Source: Clostridiales bacterium (GTDB taxonomy: Bacteria; Bacillota; Clostridia; Christensenellales; CAG-138). Taken from it: a stretch of 64,000 bases of DNA. The stretch covers positions 489-64,488 of the forward strand of contig DUPG01000011.1 of NCBI GenBank assembly GCA_012838425.1. The letters run 5' to 3'. The notes under the pieces were generated by a model. That model made no database searches. It saw nothing but the letters and a program-made list of their open reading frames with translations, and was not told where the DNA came from. The position numbers and the translations under genes were made by a program. This document shows, one piece after another, positions 34,301 through 43,278 of the stretch; within the stretch, counting starts at the first letter, position 1, and every line of letters begins with the position of its first letter.

Positions 34301-34454
34301 CGTTTGCGGTGGGCGGACCGTCATAAAAAGTGTACGCGGGCGCACCCTCTCTCAGCTCTATTGTTTTTTCAAATACCTTGTTCGCTTTCCAGAACTCAAG
34401 AATTTCCTTTTCGCGTTCAACGAAGTTCAGCGAAGTATCAACCTTCTTATACAT
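31335..34454 (-). CDS. ileS: Isoleucine--tRNA ligase (type 2, eukaryote/archaea-like)
   Basis: FYDGPPTANGKPHMGH, GWDTHGLPVE, DWGVSRERYWGTPLP, KMSKH; long IleRS2-type C-terminus (GFVRELVSKVQTMRKEADFNVTDRI). Confidence 0.96.
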   Translation of the reverse strand: MYKKVDTSLNFVEREKEILEFWKANKVFEKTIELREGAPAYTFYDGPPTANGKPHMGHILTRAMKDIIPRYRTMKGFNVLRKAGWDTHGLPVELEVEKELGLDGKPQIEKYGVEPFIKKCKESVWKYKGAWENMSDSVGYWADMENPYITYDNNYIESVWWAIKTIADKGLLYKGYKIVPYCPRCGTALSSHETAQGYKTVKETSIFVTFPIKNFDCSALVWTTTPWTLPSNVGLCVNAKFEYAKVLYNGEKLLLAKGLIDSVFGEDKPEILETYTGAELVGLEYEPLFKLVDFMPDAKPYRIVEDDYVTLTDGSGIVHIAPAFGEDDARVGRNYDLPFIQLVNDRGQLTDTTPWAGMFVKTADKQIISDIKANGRLFKTAEFEHDYPFCWRCDTPLLYYARESWFIKMTQLKDKLLAFNKSINWIPEYIRDGRMGNFLENIIDWGVSRERYWGTPLPVWVCEKCGEIEVVGSRAQLVERAGKEYEGIELHKPYIDEVTFDCLKCGSTMKREPSVLDCWFDSGSMPFAQWHYPFENRDEFMRRYPADYISEAVDQTRGWFYTLMAISVCLFDEPPFRNCLVLGHVQDKHGIKMSKHKGNVIAPEEALKRQGADAVRWYYYINSSPWLPNRYSHEAVSEAQRKFIGTLWNTYAFYVLYADIDEFDPTKHVLREENITVMDKWVLSRLNTLIKTVDSCLEEYKITEAAREMLRFSDDLSNWYVRRCRERFWGSGMTPDKEAAYMTLYTVLETMARLTAPFTPFLAEMIYQNIVRTCDKNAPVSVHLLDFPAYDQSRIDEQAEENMDNVLALCALGRAARNQANIKNRQPLSEILVQGAQLPKMYVNILAEELNVHNVRFVSDASEYISYRVKPQLKTLGPRYGKLLKSISAHLLENSNEIVKTHAEGRNYEFDLEGEHIVLAPVDVLVETERKEGYASASDNGFTVVLATTLTQELIDEGFVRELVSKVQTMRKEADFNVTDRIVIYHMGNERIADIFDRFGKEICADTLADTIITGVMGGYTKEWDVNGETVTLGVKVNE

Positions 34455-34474
34455 TGCTCCTCCTCTTTTCTATA

Positions 34475-34740
34475 TAAAAATACGCCCTGCTCCACAACGG
34501 GACGCAGAGGCGCGCGTTACCACCCGAATTGAAGAAAGCTGCTTCTATTATTTCTATTTCGCTTTTCTCCCACTCAAAACCCTTAACGCAGGTATGCGGC
34601 ACCGGCTAATTATATTCCAAATATGTTCACCGATGCGCTCACAGAGGATACCATACTGTCAGCAGCATACTGCCTTTCACCATACGCAGCTCGCTGAATG
34701 TGCTCAAACCAGCAGGCGTGTTCTGCTCAACGCTTTATTT
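34475..34740 (-). ncRNA. T-box riboswitch upstream of ileS
   Basis: Minus strand AGCGAG/GGTGAAA apex, ATC (Ile) specifier at 34647-34649, T-box AATTCGGGTGGTAACGCG at 34513-34530, terminator with T-tract. Confidence 0.88.
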
Positions 34741-34775
34741 ATTAACTTTTTGGCTTTTTCAGCCTTGTCCGTTAG

Positions 34776-34804
34776 ATTATATTTGAAATATACTTAGCTG
34801 TCAA
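34776..34804 (-). promoter_or_regulatory. Consensus sigma-A promoter of the ileS leader
   Basis: TTGACA-17 nt-TATAAT on the minus strand. Confidence 0.85.
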
Positions 34805-34824
34805 GCCGATATTTTCGACTATGT

Positions 34825-34853
34825 TTGACATGGTTTAGCCCCAAGGGTATAAT
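34825..34853 (+). promoter_or_regulatory. Consensus sigma-A promoter of the acyltransferase gene (divergent from ileS)
   Basis: TTGACA-17 nt-TATAAT. Confidence 0.85.
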
Positions 34854-34881
34854 ATGAAAATTGATGTTTAAGGAGTAAGCT

Positions 34882-36021
34882 ATGGAAAATGGCGTTTTAG
34901 GCACTAAGCAGCGCGACACATACTTGGATATTGCCAAGGCTATCGGTATTCTTATGGTAATATACGCGCATGTATCTTTGAGCGGCATTTTATACACAAC
35001 CTTTTACGCTTTTCATATTCCTTTGTTCTTCGTAGTCGCGGGAATGACATTCAACAATAAAAAGCACACCTCCTTTAAGACCTTCGCTGCTAATAAAGCC
35101 AAGCGCTTGCTTTTGCCCTACCTTATTTATTCGTTAGCGACATTCGCGTGGTGGGCTTGGGTTGAGGTTCCTATTAGCGGCACATTGGGCGGCGCAGGCA
35201 AGACCATATTCGACTCATTCATTCAGATATTTTTGGCGCAAGGCTCATTGGGCTATATGACGCATAACTTGGCCTTATGGTTCGTGCCCTGCTTATTTAT
35301 TGCCGAAATAATTTACTACTTCGTAAACAAGCTGTCCAAAGCCACTAAAATTACTATTTGCGTGGCGTTTGCTTTGCTGGGCTGGGGAATAAACATACTG
35401 GGTCAGACTCATTCATGGCTTATTAACCTGCCTTGGAGCCTTGAGGTAGCTTTTTCGGCACAGCTTTTTATTCTGATAGGCGACCTTATGGGCAGCAATG
35501 GCGGCAGGCAGAGGATTAGAGAGCATGTTACGAAGTTTAAGATTCCGTACCTGATTGCTATTCCTTTCGCATGTGTGGCGCTTTACTGCATAGCAGAGCT
35601 TAACATAAACACCTCTGCGCTTATTGACCCGTTTGCTTTCGCTGAAATGCGTGTTTCAATGGGCTCTAACGCGCTGGGAAATCCGCTTTTATTCTACTTC
35701 AACGCTATGTTAGGCGTATGGATTGTGCTGATTATATCCGTTCTGCTTGAAAGGTTAGTTATGAAGCGCGCGGAGTACGGCAATTCTGTTCTGCTTTGGC
35801 TGGGCGTAAATTCTTACGGGCTTATGTGCGTGCATTTCCCCGTAAAGCGCAGGGCTATTGCTTTTATCGCTGATTTGTTCCGCGTTTCGTCAAGCTATGC
35901 AAGCTATGACCTGCTGTATAGCTTCCTTGCGTTTATCGTAACCATGCTGTTCTCTGTGATTATAGTTGTGGTGTCAGACGCCTTCAAGCAGGCTATATCT
36001 ATAAAAGAATTCCGAGAATAG
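34882..36021 (+). CDS. Acyltransferase family 3 (membrane O-acyltransferase)
   Basis: RDTYLDIAKAIGILMVIYAH, FHIPLFF, RLLLPY, LWFVPCLF; about 10 hydrophobic segments. Confidence 0.9.
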   Translation: MENGVLGTKQRDTYLDIAKAIGILMVIYAHVSLSGILYTTFYAFHIPLFFVVAGMTFNNKKHTSFKTFAANKAKRLLLPYLIYSLATFAWWAWVEVPISGTLGGAGKTIFDSFIQIFLAQGSLGYMTHNLALWFVPCLFIAEIIYYFVNKLSKATKITICVAFALLGWGINILGQTHSWLINLPWSLEVAFSAQLFILIGDLMGSNGGRQRIREHVTKFKIPYLIAIPFACVALYCIAELNINTSALIDPFAFAEMRVSMGSNALGNPLLFYFNAMLGVWIVLIISVLLERLVMKRAEYGNSVLLWLGVNSYGLMCVHFPVKRRAIAFIADLFRVSSSYASYDLLYSFLAFIVTMLFSVIIVVVSDAFKQAISIKEFRE

Positions 36022-36230
36022 CTGCCCTGCGGAGCGAATGAATACAGCGATAAACAGCTGAATAAAGACGCCTTATGGGCAAATGAAACATCAAGTTATA
36101 GCGCATGCAAGGTGCGCTTTTTCATTTTGACACTTTATCTGACAACGCAATATCCTTTTTCATTCTCCACAGGCATATATATTCAGTGCGCAAGCATTGT
36201 CTTCATTCGGGCATAGCCCGCCCTTCCCCG
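36022..36230. repeat. Degenerate hairpin-linker arrays
   Basis: gaatgaata-cagcgataaacagctg-aataaaga; attcagtgcgcaagcattg-tcttcatt-cgggcatagcccg. Confidence 0.65.
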
Positions 36231-36331
36231 CAACTATTGGTTGCACGACGCGCAACTATGGCGCAAACGAAATTTCCTTCAAAACTAAACGCGTGTATTG
36301 TATAATGATAAAAAAGCGAAGGGAGAAGTAT

Positions 36332-37045
36332 ATGACATTAGAAGTAGCTAACAAATTGACCGAATTGCGAAAGAACGCGGGACTTTCGCAGGAGGATGTT
36401 GCCGCAAAGCTTGGTGTTAGCCGACAGGCAGTATCGAAATGGGAATGCGGAGAGGCTTCGCCTGATATGGATAATCTGATTGCGCTGTCGCAGCTATATG
36501 ATGTATCGGTTGACGAAATACTGTGCATAAAGCGCGAGGACGACGACAAGAAGAATCGTCGCAGAGTGAAGGTTGACCTTCCTTTTATTCATGTAGATAT
36601 TAACGAGGATCCTTCTGACGAGGAGAAGGAGCGCGTAAAGGTTGATATGCCTTTCATTCATGTTGACACGACTGACGATGACGACTCCGTAGAGGTTGAA
36701 TACGATTGCGACGAGGAGGGAGATAGGCATACTGTGCATATTCGTCATAAGTCGCGCTGGCTGAGCTTTCCCTACCCCGTTTTAGTTGTCGCTGCATACC
36801 TGTTTTTAGGCTTTCAGTATCATTGGTGGCATCCGGGCTGGGTATTGTTCTTATCAATTCCGCTGTATTACTGGTTAGTCTCGTGCATTGTTAACAAGAG
36901 CTTAAAATCCTTTCCCGTTGCAGTAGTTATTGCGCTTGTGTACCTGTACTTGGGCTTCTTTCATCAGCTGTGGCATCCGTATTGGATTCTGTTCATACTG
37001 ATTCCGGTGTTTGACTTTTTGTTAAAGCCAAGAAGGAAGAAATAA
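36332..37045 (+). CDS. XRE-family HTH regulator fused to a C-terminal membrane domain
   Basis: LRKNAGLSQEDVAAKLGVSRQAVSKWECG..PD; duplicated YLFLGF..H.WHP.W TM hairpins. Start moved to ATG 36332. Confidence 0.88.
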   Translation: MTLEVANKLTELRKNAGLSQEDVAAKLGVSRQAVSKWECGEASPDMDNLIALSQLYDVSVDEILCIKREDDDKKNRRRVKVDLPFIHVDINEDPSDEEKERVKVDMPFIHVDTTDDDDSVEVEYDCDEEGDRHTVHIRHKSRWLSFPYPVLVVAAYLFLGFQYHWWHPGWVLFLSIPLYYWLVSCIVNKSLKSFPVAVVIALVYLYLGFFHQLWHPYWILFILIPVFDFLLKPRRKK

Positions 37046-37061
37046 GCGCATAGCTGCGTAT

Positions 37062-37081
37062 GCCCCGAAAGGGGCTTTTTT
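37062..37081 (+). terminator. Intrinsic terminator
   Basis: GCCCC-GAAA-GGGGC-TTTTTT. Confidence 0.8.
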
Positions 37082-37195
37082 CATATGAATACACACTACG
37101 CGTGAACGAATATAGCTGCAGGCGGTTGAACAGCTGTACGGTTATCCCAAATAATTCCATATAACCGCTGCTCATAATTTACCCGGCGGATTATT

Positions 37196-37528
37196 TCATT
37201 CCTTCTTCCGTTTTGTTCCATGTGGAACAGTCAGCTTAATTGCGATTCTTTTCAACAGCCTATGCTCAGTCATGCCGTAAATAAGGCCCCCTGCCGATAT
37301 GCCTAAAAGCATAAAAAACCACAGCTCGCCGTCGCAAAGCAGTATAAGCGCAAGCTCAACAACAACCATTACGCATAGCAGGAATAGCGCGTCTAACGCA
37401 TAAATACACCAGCGAAATTTGCGCAGCAGGTATCGGAATATGCCGAACACGCTGTAAAGCACGCCAATAACAAAGCCCGCGTATAGCGCGCCCAACAGCT
37501 GATACGGCTGCAAAAGCGTTGTGCTCAT
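37196..37528 (-). CDS. yabQ: Spore cortex biosynthesis protein YabQ
   Basis: Hydrophobic; G..IG..Y..F..FR, D.LF, DGELWFF..LG...G..IY; coupled to yabP. Confidence 0.8.
   Translation of the reverse strand: MSTTLLQPYQLLGALYAGFVIGVLYSVFGIFRYLLRKFRWCIYALDALFLLCVMVVVELALILLCDGELWFFMLLGISAGGLIYGMTEHRLLKRIAIKLTVPHGTKRKKE
37214..37229. promoter_or_regulatory. parS site (inside the yabQ 3' end)
   Basis: TGTTCCATGTGGAACA versus the parS consensus TGTTNCACGTGAAACA. Confidence 0.8.
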
Positions 37529-37821
37529 TTGAACATTCGTGAGAAGAATGAGCCCTGCTTATGCTCCTGCACCTCAAGGTATTGCAAGCCTATTATTTCG
37601 CCCTCGACTATTACCTGTCCGTCGTCAAGGTCGAATTTCGTTATGTTCAGGTCGCTGCCTTCTATGTGCAGCTCTCCGCAGTCCGTTATAAGCAATACTT
37701 CGCCTTCGTTAAATGAGTCTATCGCCTTTACGCCGGTTATGCTTATTGTTTCTCTGTTCTCAATATGCACAACATGAGTGCGCAGGCGCTTTGATGACGG
37801 GTCGGGCAGTTTGCGTTCCAT
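37525..37821 (-). CDS. yabP: Sporulation protein YabP
   Basis: HVVHIENRETISITGVKAIDSFNE...G.LHIEGSDLNITKFDLDDG.V.VEG.I..L.Y, FFSRMFK. Confidence 0.92.
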   Translation of the reverse strand: MERKLPDPSSKRLRTHVVHIENRETISITGVKAIDSFNEGEVLLITDCGELHIEGSDLNITKFDLDDGQVIVEGEIIGLQYLEVQEHKQGSFFSRMFK

Positions 37822-37840
37822 AGCTACCTCCTTTTGTTAG

Positions 37841-37870
37841 ATAGTATGCTATATAAGACAAACATATGAC
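37841..37870 (-). promoter_or_regulatory. sigma-E promoter of yabPQ
   Basis: Minus strand GTCATA-16 nt-CATACTAT; yabPQ is sigma-E controlled in B. subtilis. Confidence 0.7.
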
Positions 37871-38194
37871 TTGGGCATACAAGCATGCATGAGATAATGT
37901 TACGCATTGAATGAAGGCGCCTTAAAGCACGAAAAGATAACATTTGCCGGTATAAATAAAAGTGATGCGGAGAGCTTAGAACGCAAAGCAAGCGGTCGTT
38001 ACTATTATGATAATTAACTGCTTTGTGATGATAGAAATATTGCTGAGTGGGTTGATATGTGTTGATTGGAGATGTAGATATATAATATAGCATATTTCGA
38101 TTGTGTCCACTCCTTTATTAAGAATTCAAGTATTTCAGACTTCATCTTTTCCCTTCTCCCCTCTGTAAATACGCTTTATTTGCCTACCGCTTAC

Positions 38195-38257
38195 TTCCAT
38201 TCACGCGCAAGCGTGTATTCATTCAGCGGCAAAGCACTGTCTTCATGTCCTACGGGC
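38195..38257. repeat. TCTTCATT-type hairpin array upstream of parA
   Basis: catt-cacgcgcaagcgtg-tattcatt-cagcggcaaagcactg-tcttcat-gtcctacgggc. Confidence 0.75.
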
Positions 38258-38263
38258 GACCTT

Positions 38264-38279
38264 TGTTCCACGTGGAACA
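38264..38279. promoter_or_regulatory. parS site (perfect palindrome)
   Basis: TGTTCCACGTGGAACA. Confidence 0.9.
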
Positions 38280-38287
38280 AAACATTA

Positions 38288-38316
38288 TTGCACGCTTCTA
38301 CACAATCGTTTATAAT
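38288..38316 (+). promoter_or_regulatory. sigma-A promoter of parAB
   Basis: TTGCAC-17 nt-TATAAT. Confidence 0.7.
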
Positions 38317-38341
38317 AACCAAAGAAATGCGAGGTGTTTAG

Positions 38342-39112
38342 ATGTCAAAAATAATAGCAATAGCCAACCAAAAAGGCGGAGTTGGCAAAACAACAACGGC
38401 AGTAAACCTATCGTCCTGCATGGCAGAGCTTGGAGTGCGCGTATTGGCTGTTGACATTGACCCGCAAGGCAATATGACAAGCGGTTTAGGCGCGAAAGAC
38501 AAGTCTGACAAGAGTATTTATGATGTAATCATCAACTCTGTTCCAGCACAAGAAGCCATAATCAACACAGTTGTAAAGGGGCTTGACATTATACCGTCTG
38601 AAATCAACCTGTCAGGCGCCGAGGTCGAGCTTGTCAATGTAATGGCGCGCGAACAGGTGCTGAAACGCGCATTAGCCGATGTAAAAAACAGTTATGACTA
38701 TATCATAATTGACTGCCCGCCATCATTAGGACTCTTAACTCTCAACGCACTCACAGCCGCCGACACGCTGTTGGTTCCCATTCAATGCGAATACTATGCT
38801 TTAGAGGGCTTGGTGCAGCTTATGAACACAGTATCGCTTGTGCGCAAGCACCTCAACGCCGCAATAGCTGTCGAAGGCGTTGTAATGACAATGTATGATG
38901 TTCGCACAAACCTTTCGGCACAGGTAGTAAACGAGGTTAAGAAGCTGTTTAAGAACAAGGTGTATGATACGATAATCCCCCGCTCAGTAAAATTAGGCGA
39001 AGCGCCCAGCTTCGGACTGCCAATAAACATGTACGACCCCAAGTGCGCCGGCGCAAGAGCCTATACGGATTTAGCAAAAGAATTGATAGAGAAGGACGGT
39101 ACGAATAGATGA
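38342..39112 (+). CDS. soj: Chromosome partitioning ATPase Soj/ParA
   Basis: NQKGGVGKTTT, DIDPQGN, IDCPPSLG, QCEYYALEG, IPRSVKLGEAPSFG. Confidence 0.96.
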   Translation: MSKIIAIANQKGGVGKTTTAVNLSSCMAELGVRVLAVDIDPQGNMTSGLGAKDKSDKSIYDVIINSVPAQEAIINTVVKGLDIIPSEINLSGAEVELVNVMAREQVLKRALADVKNSYDYIIIDCPPSLGLLTLNALTAADTLLVPIQCEYYALEGLVQLMNTVSLVRKHLNAAIAVEGVVMTMYDVRTNLSAQVVNEVKKLFKNKVYDTIIPRSVKLGEAPSFGLPINMYDPKCAGARAYTDLAKELIEKDGTNR

Positions 39113-39972
39113 CCAACAAGAAGCAGGTATTAGGCAGAGGATTAGACGCCCTTTTTTCCGATTACGAAGCCCCGCAGGACAACACAGGCGTATTGGAGGT
39201 AGATATTCGCCTGATTGACAACAACCCCGCTCAGCCCCGTCAAGACTTTGACGAGGAGAAGCTCCAAGAGCTTTCGGAATCTATAAAAAGACATGGCATA
39301 GTTCAGCCCATAATAGTTACTAAGAATAAGGACCGCTACACCATAGTAGCAGGCGAAAGGCGTTTCCGCGCGGCACGCTTGGCAGGCTTGTCAACCGTTC
39401 CCGTATTGGTTAAGCCGTTTTTAGATGAGCAGCTGTTCGAAATTGCGCTTATAGAGAACATTCAGCGCGAAAATCTAAACCCCATAGAAGAAGCAAAAGC
39501 AATCAGCTTCTTAATACAGCAGCACGACCTCACGCAAGACGAAGCCGCGCAACGCTTAGGCAAAAGCCGTTCGGCAGTAGCAAACTCTTTACGCCTGCTC
39601 AACCTGTCAGAAATCATTCAGAAAATGCTTAAAACAGGCTCAATCAACACAGGCCACGCAAAGGTGCTGCTTGGAGTAAAAAACGAGCAAAAGCGCGAGG
39701 AGCTGGCTATAATGGTATCAACGCAGGGGCTGTCCGTTCGCGAGCTTGAAAGGATTATTCAGGCAGGCGAAAGAAAACGCGAAATCGGCAAGCTGCGCAG
39801 CAAGCAGAAGAATTCTCCCGAAGTAAAAGCGATTGTTGGCAGAATGCAAAAGGCATTGGCGACCAAGGTTGAGCTTATAGGCGATTTGGATAAAGGCAGG
39901 TTGGTTATCGAATACTATTCGCAAGCCGATTTAGAAGCGCTTTATAACCTGATCTGCGGCAATGAGGAGTAA
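39109..39972 (+). CDS. spo0J: Chromosome partitioning protein ParB/Spo0J
   Basis: LGRGLDALF, NPAQPR, AGERRFRA, ENIQRENLNPIEEA, GKSRSAVANSLRLL. Confidence 0.96.
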   Translation: MTNKKQVLGRGLDALFSDYEAPQDNTGVLEVDIRLIDNNPAQPRQDFDEEKLQELSESIKRHGIVQPIIVTKNKDRYTIVAGERRFRAARLAGLSTVPVLVKPFLDEQLFEIALIENIQRENLNPIEEAKAISFLIQQHDLTQDEAAQRLGKSRSAVANSLRLLNLSEIIQKMLKTGSINTGHAKVLLGVKNEQKREELAIMVSTQGLSVRELERIIQAGERKREIGKLRSKQKNSPEVKAIVGRMQKALATKVELIGDLDKGRLVIEYYSQADLEALYNLICGNEE

Positions 39973-40075
39973 TTAATATAAAACATATTAAAAAGTATAT
40001 TTACTTTACAACCTTGTATATATATGTAAAAGGTGTTAGAATCGAATTACAATAATACTTTGACAGGAGGAAATT

Positions 40076-41011
40076 ATGGCAATCGTAACGAGCACCGAGA
40101 TGTTCAAGAAAGCATACGCGGGCAAGTACGCAATTGGAGCTTTCAATGTGAACAACATGGAAATCATTCAAGGCATCACAGAAGCGGCGAAGGAAGAAAA
40201 TGCTCCCCTAATCCTTCAAGTATCAGCAGGCGCGCGCAAATACGCAAACCACACATATCTTATGAAGCTAATTGAAGCGGCAGTTATCGAAACTGATTTG
40301 CCTATTTGCGTTCACTTAGACCATGGCGATTCGTTCGAGCTATGCAAAAGCTGTATAGACGGCGGCTTCACCTCCGTTATGATTGACGGTTCGCACCTTC
40401 CTTTTGAAGACAATATCGCGCTCACACGCAAGGTTGTAGAATACGCTCACGACCATGGCGTAGTAGTCGAAGGCGAATTAGGCAGGCTGGAAGGCATAGA
40501 AGACGATGTGAATGTGTCAGCGAAGGACGCAAGCTACACAGACCCCGACCAAGTAGAAGAGTTCGTTTCCCGCACGGGTGTTGACTCCTTGGCGATAGCA
40601 ATAGGCACAAGCCACGGCGCATACAAATTCAAGCCCGGCACAAAGCCCCAGTTGAGATTCGACATTTTAGAGGAAATCGAAAAGCGCTTGCCCGGATTCC
40701 CCATAGTATTGCATGGCGCAAGCTCAGTTGTTCCGGAATTCGTAAAAATGATAAACGAGTACGGCGGAAATATGCCCGACGCGATAGGCGTTCCCGAGGA
40801 TATGCTAAGGCAGGCCGCGTCAATGGCTGTATGCAAAATCAATATCGACAGCGATTTGCGCTTAGCTATGACCGCAACTATTAGAAAGTATTTCGCCGAA
40901 AATCCCTCGCACTTTGACCCCAGACAATACCTTAAGCCCGCACGCGCAGCCATAAAAGAAATGGTTCGCCACAAAATACGCAATGTATTGGGCTGCAACG
41001 GTAAAGCATAA
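40076..41011 (+). CDS. fba: Class II fructose-1,6-bisphosphate aldolase
   Basis: AFNVNNME, VHLDHG, SVMIDGS, EGELG, IGTSHGAYK, VLHGAS, KINIDSD. Confidence 0.96.
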   Translation: MAIVTSTEMFKKAYAGKYAIGAFNVNNMEIIQGITEAAKEENAPLILQVSAGARKYANHTYLMKLIEAAVIETDLPICVHLDHGDSFELCKSCIDGGFTSVMIDGSHLPFEDNIALTRKVVEYAHDHGVVVEGELGRLEGIEDDVNVSAKDASYTDPDQVEEFVSRTGVDSLAIAIGTSHGAYKFKPGTKPQLRFDILEEIEKRLPGFPIVLHGASSVVPEFVKMINEYGGNMPDAIGVPEDMLRQAASMAVCKINIDSDLRLAMTATIRKYFAENPSHFDPRQYLKPARAAIKEMVRHKIRNVLGCNGKA

Positions 41012-41248
41012 GTCGGAGCTTTGCCGAATGAATAAAACGGCAACGCTGTTGAATACGGGTTTTACCCGAATATAATCTTAGGTAGGGCGCAAATTGCGCC
41101 CGCTTTCGAAAAATATTTAGCGAGGTGCGAATAATCGCTTATAGCTATAAAAAATGCGCTGTGTCCAACAGAATACCCTTTGAGTATGGCAGGCAAGCGG
41201 AAAAGAGCTCACTCCACACTCCTAACTCCACACTATTAAGAGGACTAT

Positions 41249-41491
41249 ATGCAAAACGAACCTGAATTCATAATACTTGAAGACGCCGACGGAATAGAAG
41301 CGCATTACGAGGTAGTTTCTCGCGTGCAGTATAGCGGAAATGAGTATGTCGTGCTGCTTCCGGCTACCGAGAAGGCCGACGAATACATAATTTTGCGCAA
41401 GCGAAGCGACGACGAATACGAGGGAATATCCGATGAGAACGAGCTGACGGCCGTTTTCAAGAAATTCTTAGAAGAAAATGACCAGGAATAA
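41249..41491 (+). CDS. DUF1292-family small acidic protein
   Basis: IILEDADG.E..YEV......GNEYVVLLP...I.DENEL..V...F. Confidence 0.75.
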   Translation: MQNEPEFIILEDADGIEAHYEVVSRVQYSGNEYVVLLPATEKADEYIILRKRSDDEYEGISDENELTAVFKKFLEENDQE

Positions 41492-42365
41492 GCAAAAAGA
41501 TAAAAAGCGTAAACGAAAAGCCTTGCTAATACTATTAGGAATCACAATTGTATTCTTAGCGCTTTGGGCATATAGCAACTTTGCAATCAATGTTAGCAGG
41601 TTCGCACAAACGAGTCCTAAAATTGAAAACGAAACCGTCAAATTGGTTCTCCTATCCGACCTGCACGACCACCAATTCGGCAAAAACAACTCGCAGCTTG
41701 TTGCGCTTATAAAAAAAGAAAAACCCGACATAGTGCTTTTCTGCGGCGACATGGTGAATTCCGACACGAAAAACATATCACGCTTTATTGAATTCTCAAA
41801 AGCAATTACGGCGAATTTCGATACATACATGGTTTTAGGAAATCACGAGGCAATGATGCCCGAGCCCATACTTGCCGAACTGAAATCCACGCTGATTGAT
41901 ATTGGCGTTAAGCTGCTGAACAACGAAAGCGTTTCTCTAACCATAAAGGATACGCAAGTCAAGCTTTACGGCGCAACATTGCCCCTCTACACATACAGCG
42001 GAGTAGAAAAAAGCGGCGAGCCTGTGTATCCCATGACCGCCGAGAAATTGGATGCAGCCTTAGGCACTCCCAACCCTGATGAGTATAATATTCTGCTTGC
42101 GCATAACCCGTTGTTCTTCCCCGAATATGCAAAATGGGGAGCTGACTTAACGCTTTGCGGGCATATTCACGGGGGACTTGTGAGAATTCCATTCGTAGGC
42201 GGCGTGCTTTCCCCTAACGGCGAGCTTTTCCCTAAATACGATGCCGGCAAATTTGAAATCGGAAGCGCGACCATGATTCTTTCACGCGGCTTAGCGGAGC
42301 ATATAGCACCGCTTAGAATGTTCAATCCGCCGGAGATATGCGTTATAGAGATAGGCGCAGATTGA
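41478..42365 (+). CDS. Membrane-anchored metallophosphoesterase (YkuE/YaeI-like)
   Basis: LSDLH, GD, GNHE, LLAHNP, CGHIHGG, SRGL. Confidence 0.9.
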   Translation: MTRNKQKDKKRKRKALLILLGITIVFLALWAYSNFAINVSRFAQTSPKIENETVKLVLLSDLHDHQFGKNNSQLVALIKKEKPDIVLFCGDMVNSDTKNISRFIEFSKAITANFDTYMVLGNHEAMMPEPILAELKSTLIDIGVKLLNNESVSLTIKDTQVKLYGATLPLYTYSGVEKSGEPVYPMTAEKLDAALGTPNPDEYNILLAHNPLFFPEYAKWGADLTLCGHIHGGLVRIPFVGGVLSPNGELFPKYDAGKFEIGSATMILSRGLAEHIAPLRMFNPPEICVIEIGAD

Positions 42366-42377
42366 TGAAACGGAAAA

Positions 42378-42393
42378 TGTTCCATGTGGAACA
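42378..42393. promoter_or_regulatory. parS site
   Basis: TGTTCCATGTGGAACA. Confidence 0.82.
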
Positions 42394-42498
42394 ATGTAGG
42401 GCTTTTACTCTATCCGCTCAATATTTCAGGGAATAACCCCCTGCCATCAGCTTTGACTCTTTTTTTCCATAATGCTAAAATCAGCATGAGAGGGCAAT

Positions 42499-43122
42499 AT
42501 GTTCAATAGCTTTTACATCAAATCAGTTATCAAACGCATGAAGTATGTGCTCATATTTATAGGAGCATACATAGTTCTTTTCATTCTCTCACGCGGCGAC
42601 GCGGCTAACTGGTACGATATTGTAACGGCATACCCGCCCTTCACACTCATTCTTACATCATTCCTGCACTTTGGATTAGACCACCTCATATCAAATATGC
42701 AAAGCATGCTAATATTCGGCTGGGTACTGTGCAGCAATATTTCATATAAAAAGGCAAATGGCGCGACGCTGCCGCTTCTACTGACAATCTCAAGCATTGT
42801 TACATCAATACTTCCCTACTACCTGCAGCCCGAAGCCTACACAGCAGGCGCAAGCGGAGCGGCATACGCATTAGAAGCATATGTATTCACCATGGCGTTT
42901 TTAGGAAAGGACGACCCCCTGTCAATCCGCCTGAGAAAATACAGCACTTGGCTAACCATTAGCGCGATATTAGCTTTTCTCTGGTTTTTCAACACAGAGG
43001 TATCGTTTATAGGGCATTTCAGCGGCGCGGTAGTCGGCGTAATTATTGGTCTGTTCGATATTAAAAACCGACAGCGAATAAAACGAATAAATGATATGAG
43101 AAGGCTTGGGCTGAAAAATTAG
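42499..43122 (+). CDS. Rhomboid-family intramembrane serine protease
   Basis: FLHFGLDHLISNM, GASG (catalytic Ser), GHFSGAVVG (catalytic His). Confidence 0.88.
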   Translation: MFNSFYIKSVIKRMKYVLIFIGAYIVLFILSRGDAANWYDIVTAYPPFTLILTSFLHFGLDHLISNMQSMLIFGWVLCSNISYKKANGATLPLLLTISSIVTSILPYYLQPEAYTAGASGAAYALEAYVFTMAFLGKDDPLSIRLRKYSTWLTISAILAFLWFFNTEVSFIGHFSGAVVGVIIGLFDIKNRQRIKRINDMRRLGLKN

Positions 43123-43278
43123 ATTACACGCTTGTTACCCACGCAAAACTAAATACAACGCACACTGCACAGCCCTGCTCCCAGCCTGACTTCACACTCT
43201 ATATGCAAACCTCTCTCATGGTTTACATATAACCGCATTTGTAATATAATAAACTGAATAATTTTTTCGAGGTAGGCG